Assembly: GCA_035478715.1 (NCBI GenBank)
Contig: DATIJK010000041.1
Coordinates: 2,550 to 66,549 of the forward strand
Direction of reading: 5' to 3'
Length of the DNA: 64,000 nt
From: Candidatus Saccharimonadales bacterium
GTDB taxonomy: Bacteria > Patescibacteriota > Saccharimonadia > Saccharimonadales > UBA4665
Shown here: piece after piece, positions 10,274-18,627 of the stretch
How the letters are laid out: each line of letters begins with the position of its first letter
Position numbering within the stretch: position 1 is the first letter of the stretch
Made by a program: the position numbers and the translations under genes
The notes under the pieces: generated by a model
The model's database searches: none
Told to the model about the DNA's origin: nothing
The model's input: only the letters and a program-made list of their open reading frames with translations

Positions 10274-11746
10274 ATGAATCATAACGCACCCGGTAATCAG
10301 GGAGAGGAATCACTGCCTTTACCGGAAAATGACGAGTCTAAACGGCACAAAAAGCAGCGGAAATCCAAACGCAGCCACATGCAGAACGGCCGCGAGAATT
10401 CAGCTGGAAACATCGAGTCGGGCCGTGACCTTGAAAATGGCAATTCACGCGAGTATAGTGCTGATGACCTGAGCGAAGCGGTGATCTGGGTCCGCGAATT
10501 CGACCCGAACGATACTTCTGTCAAACCGCTAATAAACACCGAGCAGTATTTGGCCTCCCAAAAGATAGCTGCAAAATCCGAAACTCCTAATAAATCAGAA
10601 CAACCGTCACAAACAAGTAAAAATAATAGTAGGAATGCTGTGTCGCAAAAAATCGAACATTACGATCTACGAATGTCGTCTGAGCAGATCGATGACGCTG
10701 ATTCAGGGTACCTAAACCACGAACCAGATAAATCGCCCGAACGGAATTATTTCTGGAACCAAGCCGATATCTACCAGCCGCAAGGCCATGAAATGCTTCC
10801 GAATATTACAAAATCCGATAATCAAGGCCAAAACAGCGAAAATATTGAAAATCTTTATGATGCGGGAATCAATGATGATGCGACACTGGCTGAGGCTGTA
10901 AATCCGAATGATCCGTCATATGTTGATCACGAACCAGTTAGGTACCAAGAAAAAACGGTCGTAAAACCCCGTAAAAACCAAAAATCAGGTTTTATGGCTC
11001 GACGCCGTGAAAAACGTGCAGTACAATCGCAGCAAATGGAAGGCGAAACTTTCGATAGAATCGCGTCTACATCTCCATACAACGAGCTAATTCCGGAAGA
11101 AATGGGGCCAGTTGAAGCTGTGCGCGATACGTACGAACAGCCGGCAATTCTGAACGATGAAATCAGCAGACCCGCGGAAGTGGCCGACAGGCCGACGAGC
11201 AGATATCCCGAAATGCCTGTTTCCAAACAGAAGGAAAAAGTTGAGGAATCATATGCCGAACGCGGTTCTGATCACCCGGATGTCGAGTTATCCTTAGAAA
11301 AGACCGAACAATTGGATTTAGCACGGTCGATTCATATCGACAGTGTGAGCGTCTATGAAATGTTTACCGCCGGCCGGATAGACGAAGCTGGGTTGCACCG
11401 CATCATAGTTGAATTTTTACGCGGCGGCGACCTCCGCGATGTCATAAAGAGCGAGATAATCCGCCAGCAGCTTAAATTCGAACGCGACCCGCAATTACGC
11501 GACACTCCAGTAGATAAAAAAGCACCGTCAAAAGCCAGGACATCCAAGATCAAGAGCCGTACGAAATCGATTATCGACCCGGTGCGTAACAGAGACAGAA
11601 CTGAAAAACTGGCGGAACTCACACAGAAAACAATTGAGAAATCTCATGAATATCTGGACGACAACCCCAAAGCCGGGCAAATGATGAGCATCGCTGCCAT
11701 CGTCGTCATTTACCTGACGATTCTTATTGTCGCAATTGCAAAGTAG
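10274..11746 (+). CDS. Hypothetical low-complexity, highly charged protein with a single C-terminal TM helix (tail-anchored topology)
   Basis: About 490 aa rich in E/D/K/S/N/Q with no recognisable domain. The last ~25 aa, MMSIAAIVVIYLTILIVAIAK, are hydrophobic. Start is ambiguous (GTG 10256 or ATG 10274). Confidence 0.55.
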   Translation: MNHNAPGNQGEESLPLPENDESKRHKKQRKSKRSHMQNGRENSAGNIESGRDLENGNSREYSADDLSEAVIWVREFDPNDTSVKPLINTEQYLASQKIAAKSETPNKSEQPSQTSKNNSRNAVSQKIEHYDLRMSSEQIDDADSGYLNHEPDKSPERNYFWNQADIYQPQGHEMLPNITKSDNQGQNSENIENLYDAGINDDATLAEAVNPNDPSYVDHEPVRYQEKTVVKPRKNQKSGFMARRREKRAVQSQQMEGETFDRIASTSPYNELIPEEMGPVEAVRDTYEQPAILNDEISRPAEVADRPTSRYPEMPVSKQKEKVEESYAERGSDHPDVELSLEKTEQLDLARSIHIDSVSVYEMFTAGRIDEAGLHRIIVEFLRGGDLRDVIKSEIIRQQLKFERDPQLRDTPVDKKAPSKARTSKIKSRTKSIIDPVRNRDRTEKLAELTQKTIEKSHEYLDDNPKAGQMMSIAAIVVIYLTILIVAIAK

Positions 11747-11752
11747 TCACAA

Positions 11753-12601
11753 ATGCAGAAAATTATCCTCTATTACAAATTCGTACCATTGGCCGACCCG
11801 GACATGACGCGCCGCTGGCAAAATGAGCTGTGCACCCGATTAAATCTCCGTGGCAGGATTATTATCAGCAGACATGGCATTAACGGCACGGTCGGCGGTA
11901 ACATGGCAGATGTAAAAACCTATGTGCGCGAAATGAACAAGACGCCGGAATTCAAGGGTATCGAATACAAATGGAGCGATGGCATGCGCGAAGATTTTCC
12001 GAAACTTAGCGTCAAGGTCCGGGATGAGTTAGTCACGCTCGAGCCTGGCGAAAATTTTGACGTGTTTGATAAAGGAACGCCGCTACGGCCGAAAGCCTGG
12101 CATGAGTACATTCAAAAACACCCGGACGCAATAATTTTTGATGCCCGGAATGATTATGAATCCGAAATCGGCGAGTTCCGCAACGCCATCAAGCCGAAGA
12201 TGAAAACGTTCAAGCAGGTGAAAGAACACGTCGAAAAACTGCCAAAAGACAAGCCGGTGTTAACATACTGTACCGGTGATATCCGCTGCGAATACCTCAG
12301 CGCCTACATGAAACACAAAGGTTTCAAAGACGTCTATCATCTGGATGGCGGTATCGTGAAATACGGCGAAGAATTCGGCGACGAAGGCTATTGGGATGGC
12401 AAATGCTACGTATTCGACAAGCGGATGAAACTGGCTTTTTCGGATAAAAGTAAAGACATAGGCGTGTGCGCCCATTGCGGAGCGGCAACAAGCGAACAGG
12501 TCAACTGCGCTAAATTAAGCTGCAATTTACAATTCGTAGTCTGCGAATCATGCCAGACTAAAGAGCAGACGAGTTGCGAGCGGCATGCAGTTTCAGCGTA
12601 A
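11753..12601 (+). CDS. trhO: Rhodanese-domain protein of the TrhO/YceA (UPF0176) family, tRNA U34 hydroxylase-like
   Basis: YYKFVPLADPD..LRGRIIISRHGINGTVGG N-terminal domain; rhodanese active-site loop YCTGDIRCE; C-terminal Cys cluster CAHCG..C..C. Confidence 0.8.
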   Translation: MQKIILYYKFVPLADPDMTRRWQNELCTRLNLRGRIIISRHGINGTVGGNMADVKTYVREMNKTPEFKGIEYKWSDGMREDFPKLSVKVRDELVTLEPGENFDVFDKGTPLRPKAWHEYIQKHPDAIIFDARNDYESEIGEFRNAIKPKMKTFKQVKEHVEKLPKDKPVLTYCTGDIRCEYLSAYMKHKGFKDVYHLDGGIVKYGEEFGDEGYWDGKCYVFDKRMKLAFSDKSKDIGVCAHCGAATSEQVNCAKLSCNLQFVVCESCQTKEQTSCERHAVSA

Positions 12602-12604
12602 CTG

Positions 12605-13423
12605 TCAAATTACCTTCAAGAACTCTTTTGTTTTTTGCTCGATTGCAATGCGCGATTCGGGTGACAACTTGTCCCGATGAGGCAGAATGTTTATTACATT
12701 TGCTTGCTCAAGATTTATGCTGCTTCCATCAAAAAAGCCCACAAGTTTATTGATTACTGATTGCCAACATGTTTCGAGTGCCGTTATAAAGCTGTCACTG
12801 ACAAAGCAGATTTCGGGAATGCTTATTACGTTTGATATCGGACGGGAAAAGTACAGTTTATGCTCAAACTCAGTGTAGGTCGGAAAATCTCCGACGATAA
12901 ATCCATCAACAATTCTAGCACTAAAATCTCTGGTTAACTCGCATCGATCAAAAGCAAATGCATGATCCGTGGAGGGTTTGTCCAGCGTAGAGCGCAGTCT
13001 TGTCGTAGATGATGATTGCAAAGTTATAGCATTAATCAACGACTGTTCATCCCAAAGGTGAAACTCCAATTTGACACCATCACGTTCTGAAATCAGACTA
13101 AATTGCTTATAAACACCAAATTGGTATCCTCTTACTGCGTGAATCACTTCGCTTTCGCTAGCAATTAGCAACTCAGTGAGGTTTGAAGCATTTTCCGGTC
13201 TAATTAACAATTGGATGTCAATATCGGAGTCGATTGTGACACAATAATTTTTGCCGTAAGCCATTGAGCCGGTAACTACCATGTCGCTGACTCTATCTTT
13301 AAATTCATTATGGAGCTGGTCTATAATTTTTTGGCGTCGATCAGTTTCTGCTCGCGCAATTTTCGGATCGACCGGGGTGTATACGGTGCTATAGGTCACT
13401 ACTATTAACTTACTGTTAATCAT
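12605..13423 (-). CDS. Pol-beta-superfamily nucleotidyltransferase-domain protein, function unknown
   Basis: GS-x-DxD signature: VTGSMAYGKNYCVTIDSDIDIQLL. C-terminal ~170 aa unassigned. Track start 13435 is TTG; I prefer the ATG at 13423. Confidence 0.6.
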   Translation of the reverse strand: MINSKLIVVTYSTVYTPVDPKIARAETDRRQKIIDQLHNEFKDRVSDMVVTGSMAYGKNYCVTIDSDIDIQLLIRPENASNLTELLIASESEVIHAVRGYQFGVYKQFSLISERDGVKLEFHLWDEQSLINAITLQSSSTTRLRSTLDKPSTDHAFAFDRCELTRDFSARIVDGFIVGDFPTYTEFEHKLYFSRPISNVISIPEICFVSDSFITALETCWQSVINKLVGFFDGSSINLEQANVINILPHRDKLSPESRIAIEQKTKEFLKVI

Positions 13424-13443
13424 TGCATTCTGCAACTATCTTG

Positions 13444-14961
13444 ATGCTTGATAAAATATATAGTGTGAACAAGAGGTTAGAGCAAAAGTTGGGCGACTTA
13501 CCCAAAGAGCCGGGCGTCTATTTCCATAAGGATACGTCGGGCGAGATTATTTATGTAGGAAAGGCTGCGGTGTTGCGCAACCGTGTGCGGCAGTATTTCC
13601 AAAAGTCACGTGCTCGTGATCCAAAGACAGAAGCGTTGGTCGCTGAAATCGCCGATACGGACTGGATGGTTGTCGCAAGCGAAATCGAAGCGCTGTTTTT
13701 AGAAGCGGAGATGATACGCCGCTACATGCCGCGTTACAACATCCTGCTGCGCGACGACAAATCGATGGTGTACATACGGATTGATATGAACAGTGAATTT
13801 CCGACCGTAACGACAACCCGGCGGCCACTGGACGATGGTGCGAATTACTATGGGCCGTATTTAAGCGCGTACAGCATACGTAACGCGTTAAAGGTTTTGC
13901 GTAGAATCTTTCCCTATGCGACTAGGCGGATTCCCGGGCAAAAACGGGCTACTTTGTATTATCATTTGGGCTTGGATCCTGGGCTGGAAGAGGGTAGAAC
14001 AAGTTTAGAAGAATATAGATCTAACTTGCGCAAGATGATAGCGGTGGTGGAAGGTAAGCGCAAAAGCGTTGAACGCGAAGTCGAGAAAGAGATGAAAGCC
14101 GCGGCAAAGAATTCGGAATTCGAGCTGGCAGCCAAGCGGAGGAACCAACTGTTCGCATTACAAAACTTAACACGTCAAGTAATATTTAGCGATAAAGAGT
14201 TTTTAGACATCAGTAAAGACCACGCATTGAACGAAATAGTTAACTTGTTAAGTATGGCTAAATTCCCCCAAAGGATCGAAGGTTATGACATCAGCCACAT
14301 GCAAGGCACTAATGTGGTGGCTAGTATGGTCGTCTTCACGAACGGCGTCAGCAACAAACGCGAATATCGCAAGTTTAAGACCAAAATCCAGCAAAACAAC
14401 GATTTTTATAATATGAACGAAACGATCAAACGCCGGTTCAGCGAAAAGAACGTCAAAGCCTGGGGCAAACCGGATCTGGTATTGATCGACGGTGGCAAAG
14501 GCCAACTTGACGCGGCAATAAAAGCCCGTAACGAACTGGGGTACGATACGGTTCCCTTCATCGGTTTGGCGAAACGCGAAGAGCAAATTGTTATCCAAAA
14601 AGGGAAATCAAATGTAGAACTGAACGAAAGTGAAATGCATAAATTAGGAGGATTCGCTACAGAAAGCAATGATTTTATACTCGTAAACTTGCCGCACAGC
14701 ACGAACGCCGTCAAATTATTGCAACGAATCCGCGATGAATCACATCGGTTCGCAGTCACGTATCATTCTGTACTTAAAGTCAAAAGTCAGACAGCCAGTA
14801 TGCTGGACGATATCCCGACCATCGGCCCGGCCACCCGTAAAAAACTGATAAAAACGTTTGGCAGTTTGCGCGGCGTAACCCAAGCCCGCGACTGGGAAAT
14901 AGAAAAAGTAATTGGCACCAAAAAAGCCACAATACTAAGGCAATATCTCAAAAAATCATAG
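13444..14961 (+). CDS. uvrC: Excinuclease ABC subunit UvrC
   Basis: GIY-YIG (PGVYFHKD..IIYVGKA..LRNRV..Y), UVR motif (EFELAAKRRNQLFAL), endonuclease domain (IEGYDISH..GG.GQL) and C-terminal HhH (IPTIGPATRKKLIKTFGS). ATG at 13444 preferred to TTG at 13423. Confidence 0.9.
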   Translation: MLDKIYSVNKRLEQKLGDLPKEPGVYFHKDTSGEIIYVGKAAVLRNRVRQYFQKSRARDPKTEALVAEIADTDWMVVASEIEALFLEAEMIRRYMPRYNILLRDDKSMVYIRIDMNSEFPTVTTTRRPLDDGANYYGPYLSAYSIRNALKVLRRIFPYATRRIPGQKRATLYYHLGLDPGLEEGRTSLEEYRSNLRKMIAVVEGKRKSVEREVEKEMKAAAKNSEFELAAKRRNQLFALQNLTRQVIFSDKEFLDISKDHALNEIVNLLSMAKFPQRIEGYDISHMQGTNVVASMVVFTNGVSNKREYRKFKTKIQQNNDFYNMNETIKRRFSEKNVKAWGKPDLVLIDGGKGQLDAAIKARNELGYDTVPFIGLAKREEQIVIQKGKSNVELNESEMHKLGGFATESNDFILVNLPHSTNAVKLLQRIRDESHRFAVTYHSVLKVKSQTASMLDDIPTIGPATRKKLIKTFGSLRGVTQARDWEIEKVIGTKKATILRQYLKKS

Positions 14962-14967
14962 ATATAA

Positions 14968-15747
14968 CTAAATCTGCGTACGGAATTCAGCTCTTGTTAG
15001 CGCCAGTGGCGGATTGGCTAGCAGAAAATCGTGTGTTGCCTCATCGCCAGTAACCAGCCGACGAACTACACCCCATTCGTCCGCACGTTCAACCATTTTT
15101 TTGGTTGGATCCGGTCGGTATTCATCATGTTCCATGCTCACAGAAACAGCAGGAACGTTATACATGACCTTGGCTTTTGCGAGCAAATCGAGTGAGGATA
15201 TGCCGGCGGCAATCGTAAGCATTGAACGCGTGAATAAAGGATGGCGTAAGATTTCAAGCCATTTAAAATGTAGATCCCAGTCATATGTATCATCTGGCCG
15301 ACACCTGTCCGTGCGCTCAATTATTTGTGGGTCAATTCGCAGAAGTCCATAAAACGTTTTAATGAAATTCGATACCGGTTGTGTTTCGGGACCGGCAATG
15401 ACCGTGGCAGATTTGAGTCCGTTCAGATTTGTGTTTGCCAGTGCAATTGCAGCCGCACCGTGTCCTAGAAAATGGGATCCCTGCGCAAGGTGTCGAAGCA
15501 AGGTATCTTCAAATGTCATCGCTTGGTGAAAAGTCAAACCGTAAACTTTTTCTACGTCAAAATCCTCTTGAAGCGTTTTGGCCACCGGCAAAAGCATACA
15601 TGCCGATGTGGCTAGATCGCCGACCAGAAGAACCTGTCGCGATGGAGTGTTCGCATTTCCGCCTTCAAACATTGCCTCCAGATCCAATGTCGAAACAAAT
15701 CCGCCGTAGGTTACAACCTCTGCAGGATTATGAGTCATTACGGGCAT
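14968..15747 (-). CDS. Hypothetical protein, alpha/beta-fold-like without an obvious nucleophile serine
   Basis: 259-aa ORF. The nucleophile-elbow position reads FLGHGAAA rather than G-x-S-x-G. Convergent with uvrC. Confidence 0.45.
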   Translation of the reverse strand: MPVMTHNPAEVVTYGGFVSTLDLEAMFEGGNANTPSRQVLLVGDLATSACMLLPVAKTLQEDFDVEKVYGLTFHQAMTFEDTLLRHLAQGSHFLGHGAAAIALANTNLNGLKSATVIAGPETQPVSNFIKTFYGLLRIDPQIIERTDRCRPDDTYDWDLHFKWLEILRHPLFTRSMLTIAAGISSLDLLAKAKVMYNVPAVSVSMEHDEYRPDPTKKMVERADEWGVVRRLVTGDEATHDFLLANPPLALTRAEFRTQI

Positions 15748-15874
15748 AAACTCCCTTTCAAAATAATTACGATATTATACAAGAGTTCTAAACAAATTTG
15801 ACAGATGCGTAGTCATTTGAATAAACGGCAGTCTAGTCTTACAATATAGTTCTAGGGAAGGGAGACTTAATAAA

Positions 15875-16780
15875 ATGTCATCTAGTATCGTAGTGCTATT
15901 AGTTATAGTGGCACTTATTATCATTTACGCTGCTGCGAGTTTCTTTACTATAGAACAGCAGACGATCGGGGTTGTTGAAAGGTTCGGAAAATTTTTGCGA
16001 TTGGCGTCGCCGGGGTTGCATATGCGGATTCCGCTGATCGACAAAGTGGCGGCGCGGATGAGTTTGCAAGTTTTACAAGTCGAGCAACAGATCGAAACAA
16101 AGACTAAAGATAATGTGTTCGTCAGTTTCGAAACGGCAATCCAATATAGGGTAGACGCGCAACGCGTCAAAGAGGCGCATTATTTGCTGAATGATCCGCA
16201 GTCTCAGATGGAGGCATTTACTTCTGACGTAGTGCGGTCAAAATTGCCCGTTCTGGATCTAGATTCCGCTTATGCAGACGTGGAAGGAATGGCGCTTGCC
16301 ATTGAAAAAACGCTGCGCGAGCGCATGGAACCGTACGGTTATACGATTGTCAAAGCGCTGGTGTTGAATATCAATCCGGCTACAGAGGTGAAAGAAGCGA
16401 TGAACCGAATCAATGCGTCGCGCAGAAACCAAGAGGCTGCCATTGCACAAGGTGAAGCCGACAAGATTTTAGTCGTCAAGCGGGCAGAAGCCGAAGCCGA
16501 AAGCAAAAAACTGCAAGGTGAAGGTGTTGCGGCGCAGCGGCGGGCAATCATAGATGGTTTACGGGATTCAGTCGCAAAATTTGCTACCGAGACCGGTGTC
16601 AATCCGCAGGAAGCAATGCAGTTAGTGACATTGACTGGCTATACTGATATGCTCCGCGACGTAGCGGCATCATCCAAGACAAATACCATTATGTTGCCGC
16701 CAACACCATCGGGAGTCAGCGATTTATTATCCGCATTGAAAGCCAACGGTTCCGATTCCGAAGGAACTCATGGGAAGTAA
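15875..16780 (+). CDS. SPFH/Band-7 (stomatin/prohibitin-like) membrane protein
   Basis: N-terminal TM, then IGVVERFGKFLRLASPGLHMRIPLIDKV..TKDNVFV and an Ala/Glu-rich coiled coil (AEAEAESKKLQGEG). Confidence 0.85.
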   Translation: MSSSIVVLLVIVALIIIYAAASFFTIEQQTIGVVERFGKFLRLASPGLHMRIPLIDKVAARMSLQVLQVEQQIETKTKDNVFVSFETAIQYRVDAQRVKEAHYLLNDPQSQMEAFTSDVVRSKLPVLDLDSAYADVEGMALAIEKTLRERMEPYGYTIVKALVLNINPATEVKEAMNRINASRRNQEAAIAQGEADKILVVKRAEAEAESKKLQGEGVAAQRRAIIDGLRDSVAKFATETGVNPQEAMQLVTLTGYTDMLRDVAASSKTNTIMLPPTPSGVSDLLSALKANGSDSEGTHGK

Positions 16781-17999
16781 TTTTTCCAGCGAATTTTTCA
16801 AAGGCAACCGCGAAAGATTGAAGCAATTGTTCAGCGGCACGGCCCCAATAATTGTGACTGCTAACGGACTTCTGCAAAAAGGCAGCGACGAAACGTTTCC
16901 GTTCCACCAGGACCGCAGTTTCTGGTATTTGACCGGCATCGATGAGCCAAACGCACTTTTAGTTTTAGACAAATCAAAAGAACTATTAATTATTCCCAAA
17001 AAAGACACGGCGAAAGAGACTTTTGATGGTGCAAGTGACTTTGCGGAGATTGAGCGTATATCGGGAATATCGGATATTCTGGACGATAAAAAAGGATGGA
17101 AGCGCCTCGAATCCAGACTAAAAAAGGTCAATCATGTCGCAACGTTGGCTGCTGCACCGCGATTCGTCGACTTATGGGGCATGTACACAAATCCTGCACG
17201 TGCAGAATTGATTCAGAGAATTAAGAGTATCAATGATGATGCTGAATTACTGGATTTGCGCGAGCACCTCGCGAGGCTTCGTGTTGTGAAGCAAGATGTT
17301 GAGTTGACAGCGATACAAAGTGCTATTGATACCACGGTGGATACACTAAAAGAAGTGATCCGTCCGTCGAAATTGACGAAATACGCCTACGAATATGAAG
17401 TAGAAGCTGACATCAGCAAAGGATTCCGCCGTAGAGGCGCAACTGGACACGCATTTTCGCCGGTCGTCGCCAGCGGCAAACGGGCATGCACATTGCACTA
17501 CATCGCAAATAACGGCGCGCTCGCCAGCGACGAACTTCTGGTTATGGATGTAGGTGTTGAATACGACCATTATGCGGCAGATATAACCAGAACCGTTTCT
17601 TTAAGCAGCCCTTCAAACAGACAGCAAGCGGTATATGATGCAGTTCTGGATGTACAAGAATTCGGGTTAAGTCAATTGAAACCCGGGGTAAGCTTTGCCG
17701 AATGCGAAAAACAGCTTCGGGCGTATATGGGTGAAAAACTTCGCGAACTCGGTTTAATCAAAACAATTGATGAGGAAGCTGTCCGCAAATATTATCCGCA
17801 CGCACCGCATTATATGGGGCTTGATGTCCACGATGTCGGCGATTATCACGCGCCGCTCGAACCTGGAATGGTTTTGACGGTTGAACCGGGTATTTATATT
17901 CCCGAGGAAGACATCGGTGTGCGCATCGAGGACGATGTGCTAATTACAACAGACGGTATTAAAGTGCTTACGTCTAACTTGCCCCGCGCGCTGGCCTAA
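16770..17999 (+). CDS. Xaa-Pro aminopeptidase (M24B)
   Basis: M24 metal ligand pattern: HAFSPVV, DVGVEYDHYAADITRT, HYMGLDVHD, LTVEPGIY, VRIEDDVLIT. 11-bp overlap with the upstream SPFH gene. Confidence 0.85.
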   Translation: MGSNFSSEFFKGNRERLKQLFSGTAPIIVTANGLLQKGSDETFPFHQDRSFWYLTGIDEPNALLVLDKSKELLIIPKKDTAKETFDGASDFAEIERISGISDILDDKKGWKRLESRLKKVNHVATLAAAPRFVDLWGMYTNPARAELIQRIKSINDDAELLDLREHLARLRVVKQDVELTAIQSAIDTTVDTLKEVIRPSKLTKYAYEYEVEADISKGFRRRGATGHAFSPVVASGKRACTLHYIANNGALASDELLVMDVGVEYDHYAADITRTVSLSSPSNRQQAVYDAVLDVQEFGLSQLKPGVSFAECEKQLRAYMGEKLRELGLIKTIDEEAVRKYYPHAPHYMGLDVHDVGDYHAPLEPGMVLTVEPGIYIPEEDIGVRIEDDVLITTDGIKVLTSNLPRALA

Positions 18000-18016
18000 T
18001 TTACAATGGTACATGA

Positions 18017-18391
18017 ATGAAAAAACCTATAAGCCGGTTCTTAGTACGCTGGTTAGTGTGTAGTTTGGGATTGTGGATCGCTGCCGGGCTGCTTGGCGAA
18101 AATATCACGTACAACAGCGAGCTCAGCGTCATCATCATCGCCGGTTTAGTGCTTGCAATCATAAACGCGATCATTCGGCCGATTCTTATTATCTTAAGTT
18201 TACCTGCGATTTTGCTAAGTCTGGGACTGTTCATGATAATCATAAATGGCTTCACCGTCTATCTGGCCAGCAAGCTCTATACGCCGCTACACGTGACGAA
18301 TTTCTGGGCAGCTATGCTTGCGGGTATCATCATCGGACTGGTAAACTATTTGGTAAGTGCAATTTTAGAGGTGCGTAAGGACGACGAATGA
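18017..18391 (+). CDS. Four-TM membrane protein of the DUF360 / phage-holin-4_2-like family
   Basis: LGLWIAAGLL..IIIAGLVLAIINAIIRPILIILSLPAILLSLGLFMIIINGF pattern. Confidence 0.65.
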   Translation: MKKPISRFLVRWLVCSLGLWIAAGLLGENITYNSELSVIIIAGLVLAIINAIIRPILIILSLPAILLSLGLFMIIINGFTVYLASKLYTPLHVTNFWAAMLAGIIIGLVNYLVSAILEVRKDDE

Positions 18392-18600
18392 ACATATATA
18401 ACTACATCACAATCGGTTCGACATTATTGATGGTTCTGTTGATACTTGTGCAAACTAGGGGCGCATCGTTGGGTGCCGGGCTCGGCAGCACGGGCGAAAT
18501 CAACACCGTCCGGCGCGGTACGGAAAAGACCATTTTTCAGATAACGATAGTAACTGCAATTATTTTCGCTTCCTCACTCATACTCAGCGTAATCAAGTAA
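18388..18600 (+). CDS. secG: Preprotein translocase subunit SecG
   Basis: 70 aa with two TM helices. LILVQTRGASLGAGLGS and RRGTEKTIFQITIVTAIIF match the SecG pattern. ATGA overlap with the upstream gene. Confidence 0.65.
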   Translation: MNIYNYITIGSTLLMVLLILVQTRGASLGAGLGSTGEINTVRRGTEKTIFQITIVTAIIFASSLILSVIK

Positions 18601-18627
18601 CGTTAGCCGGATCAGCTTTCGGAGCAT

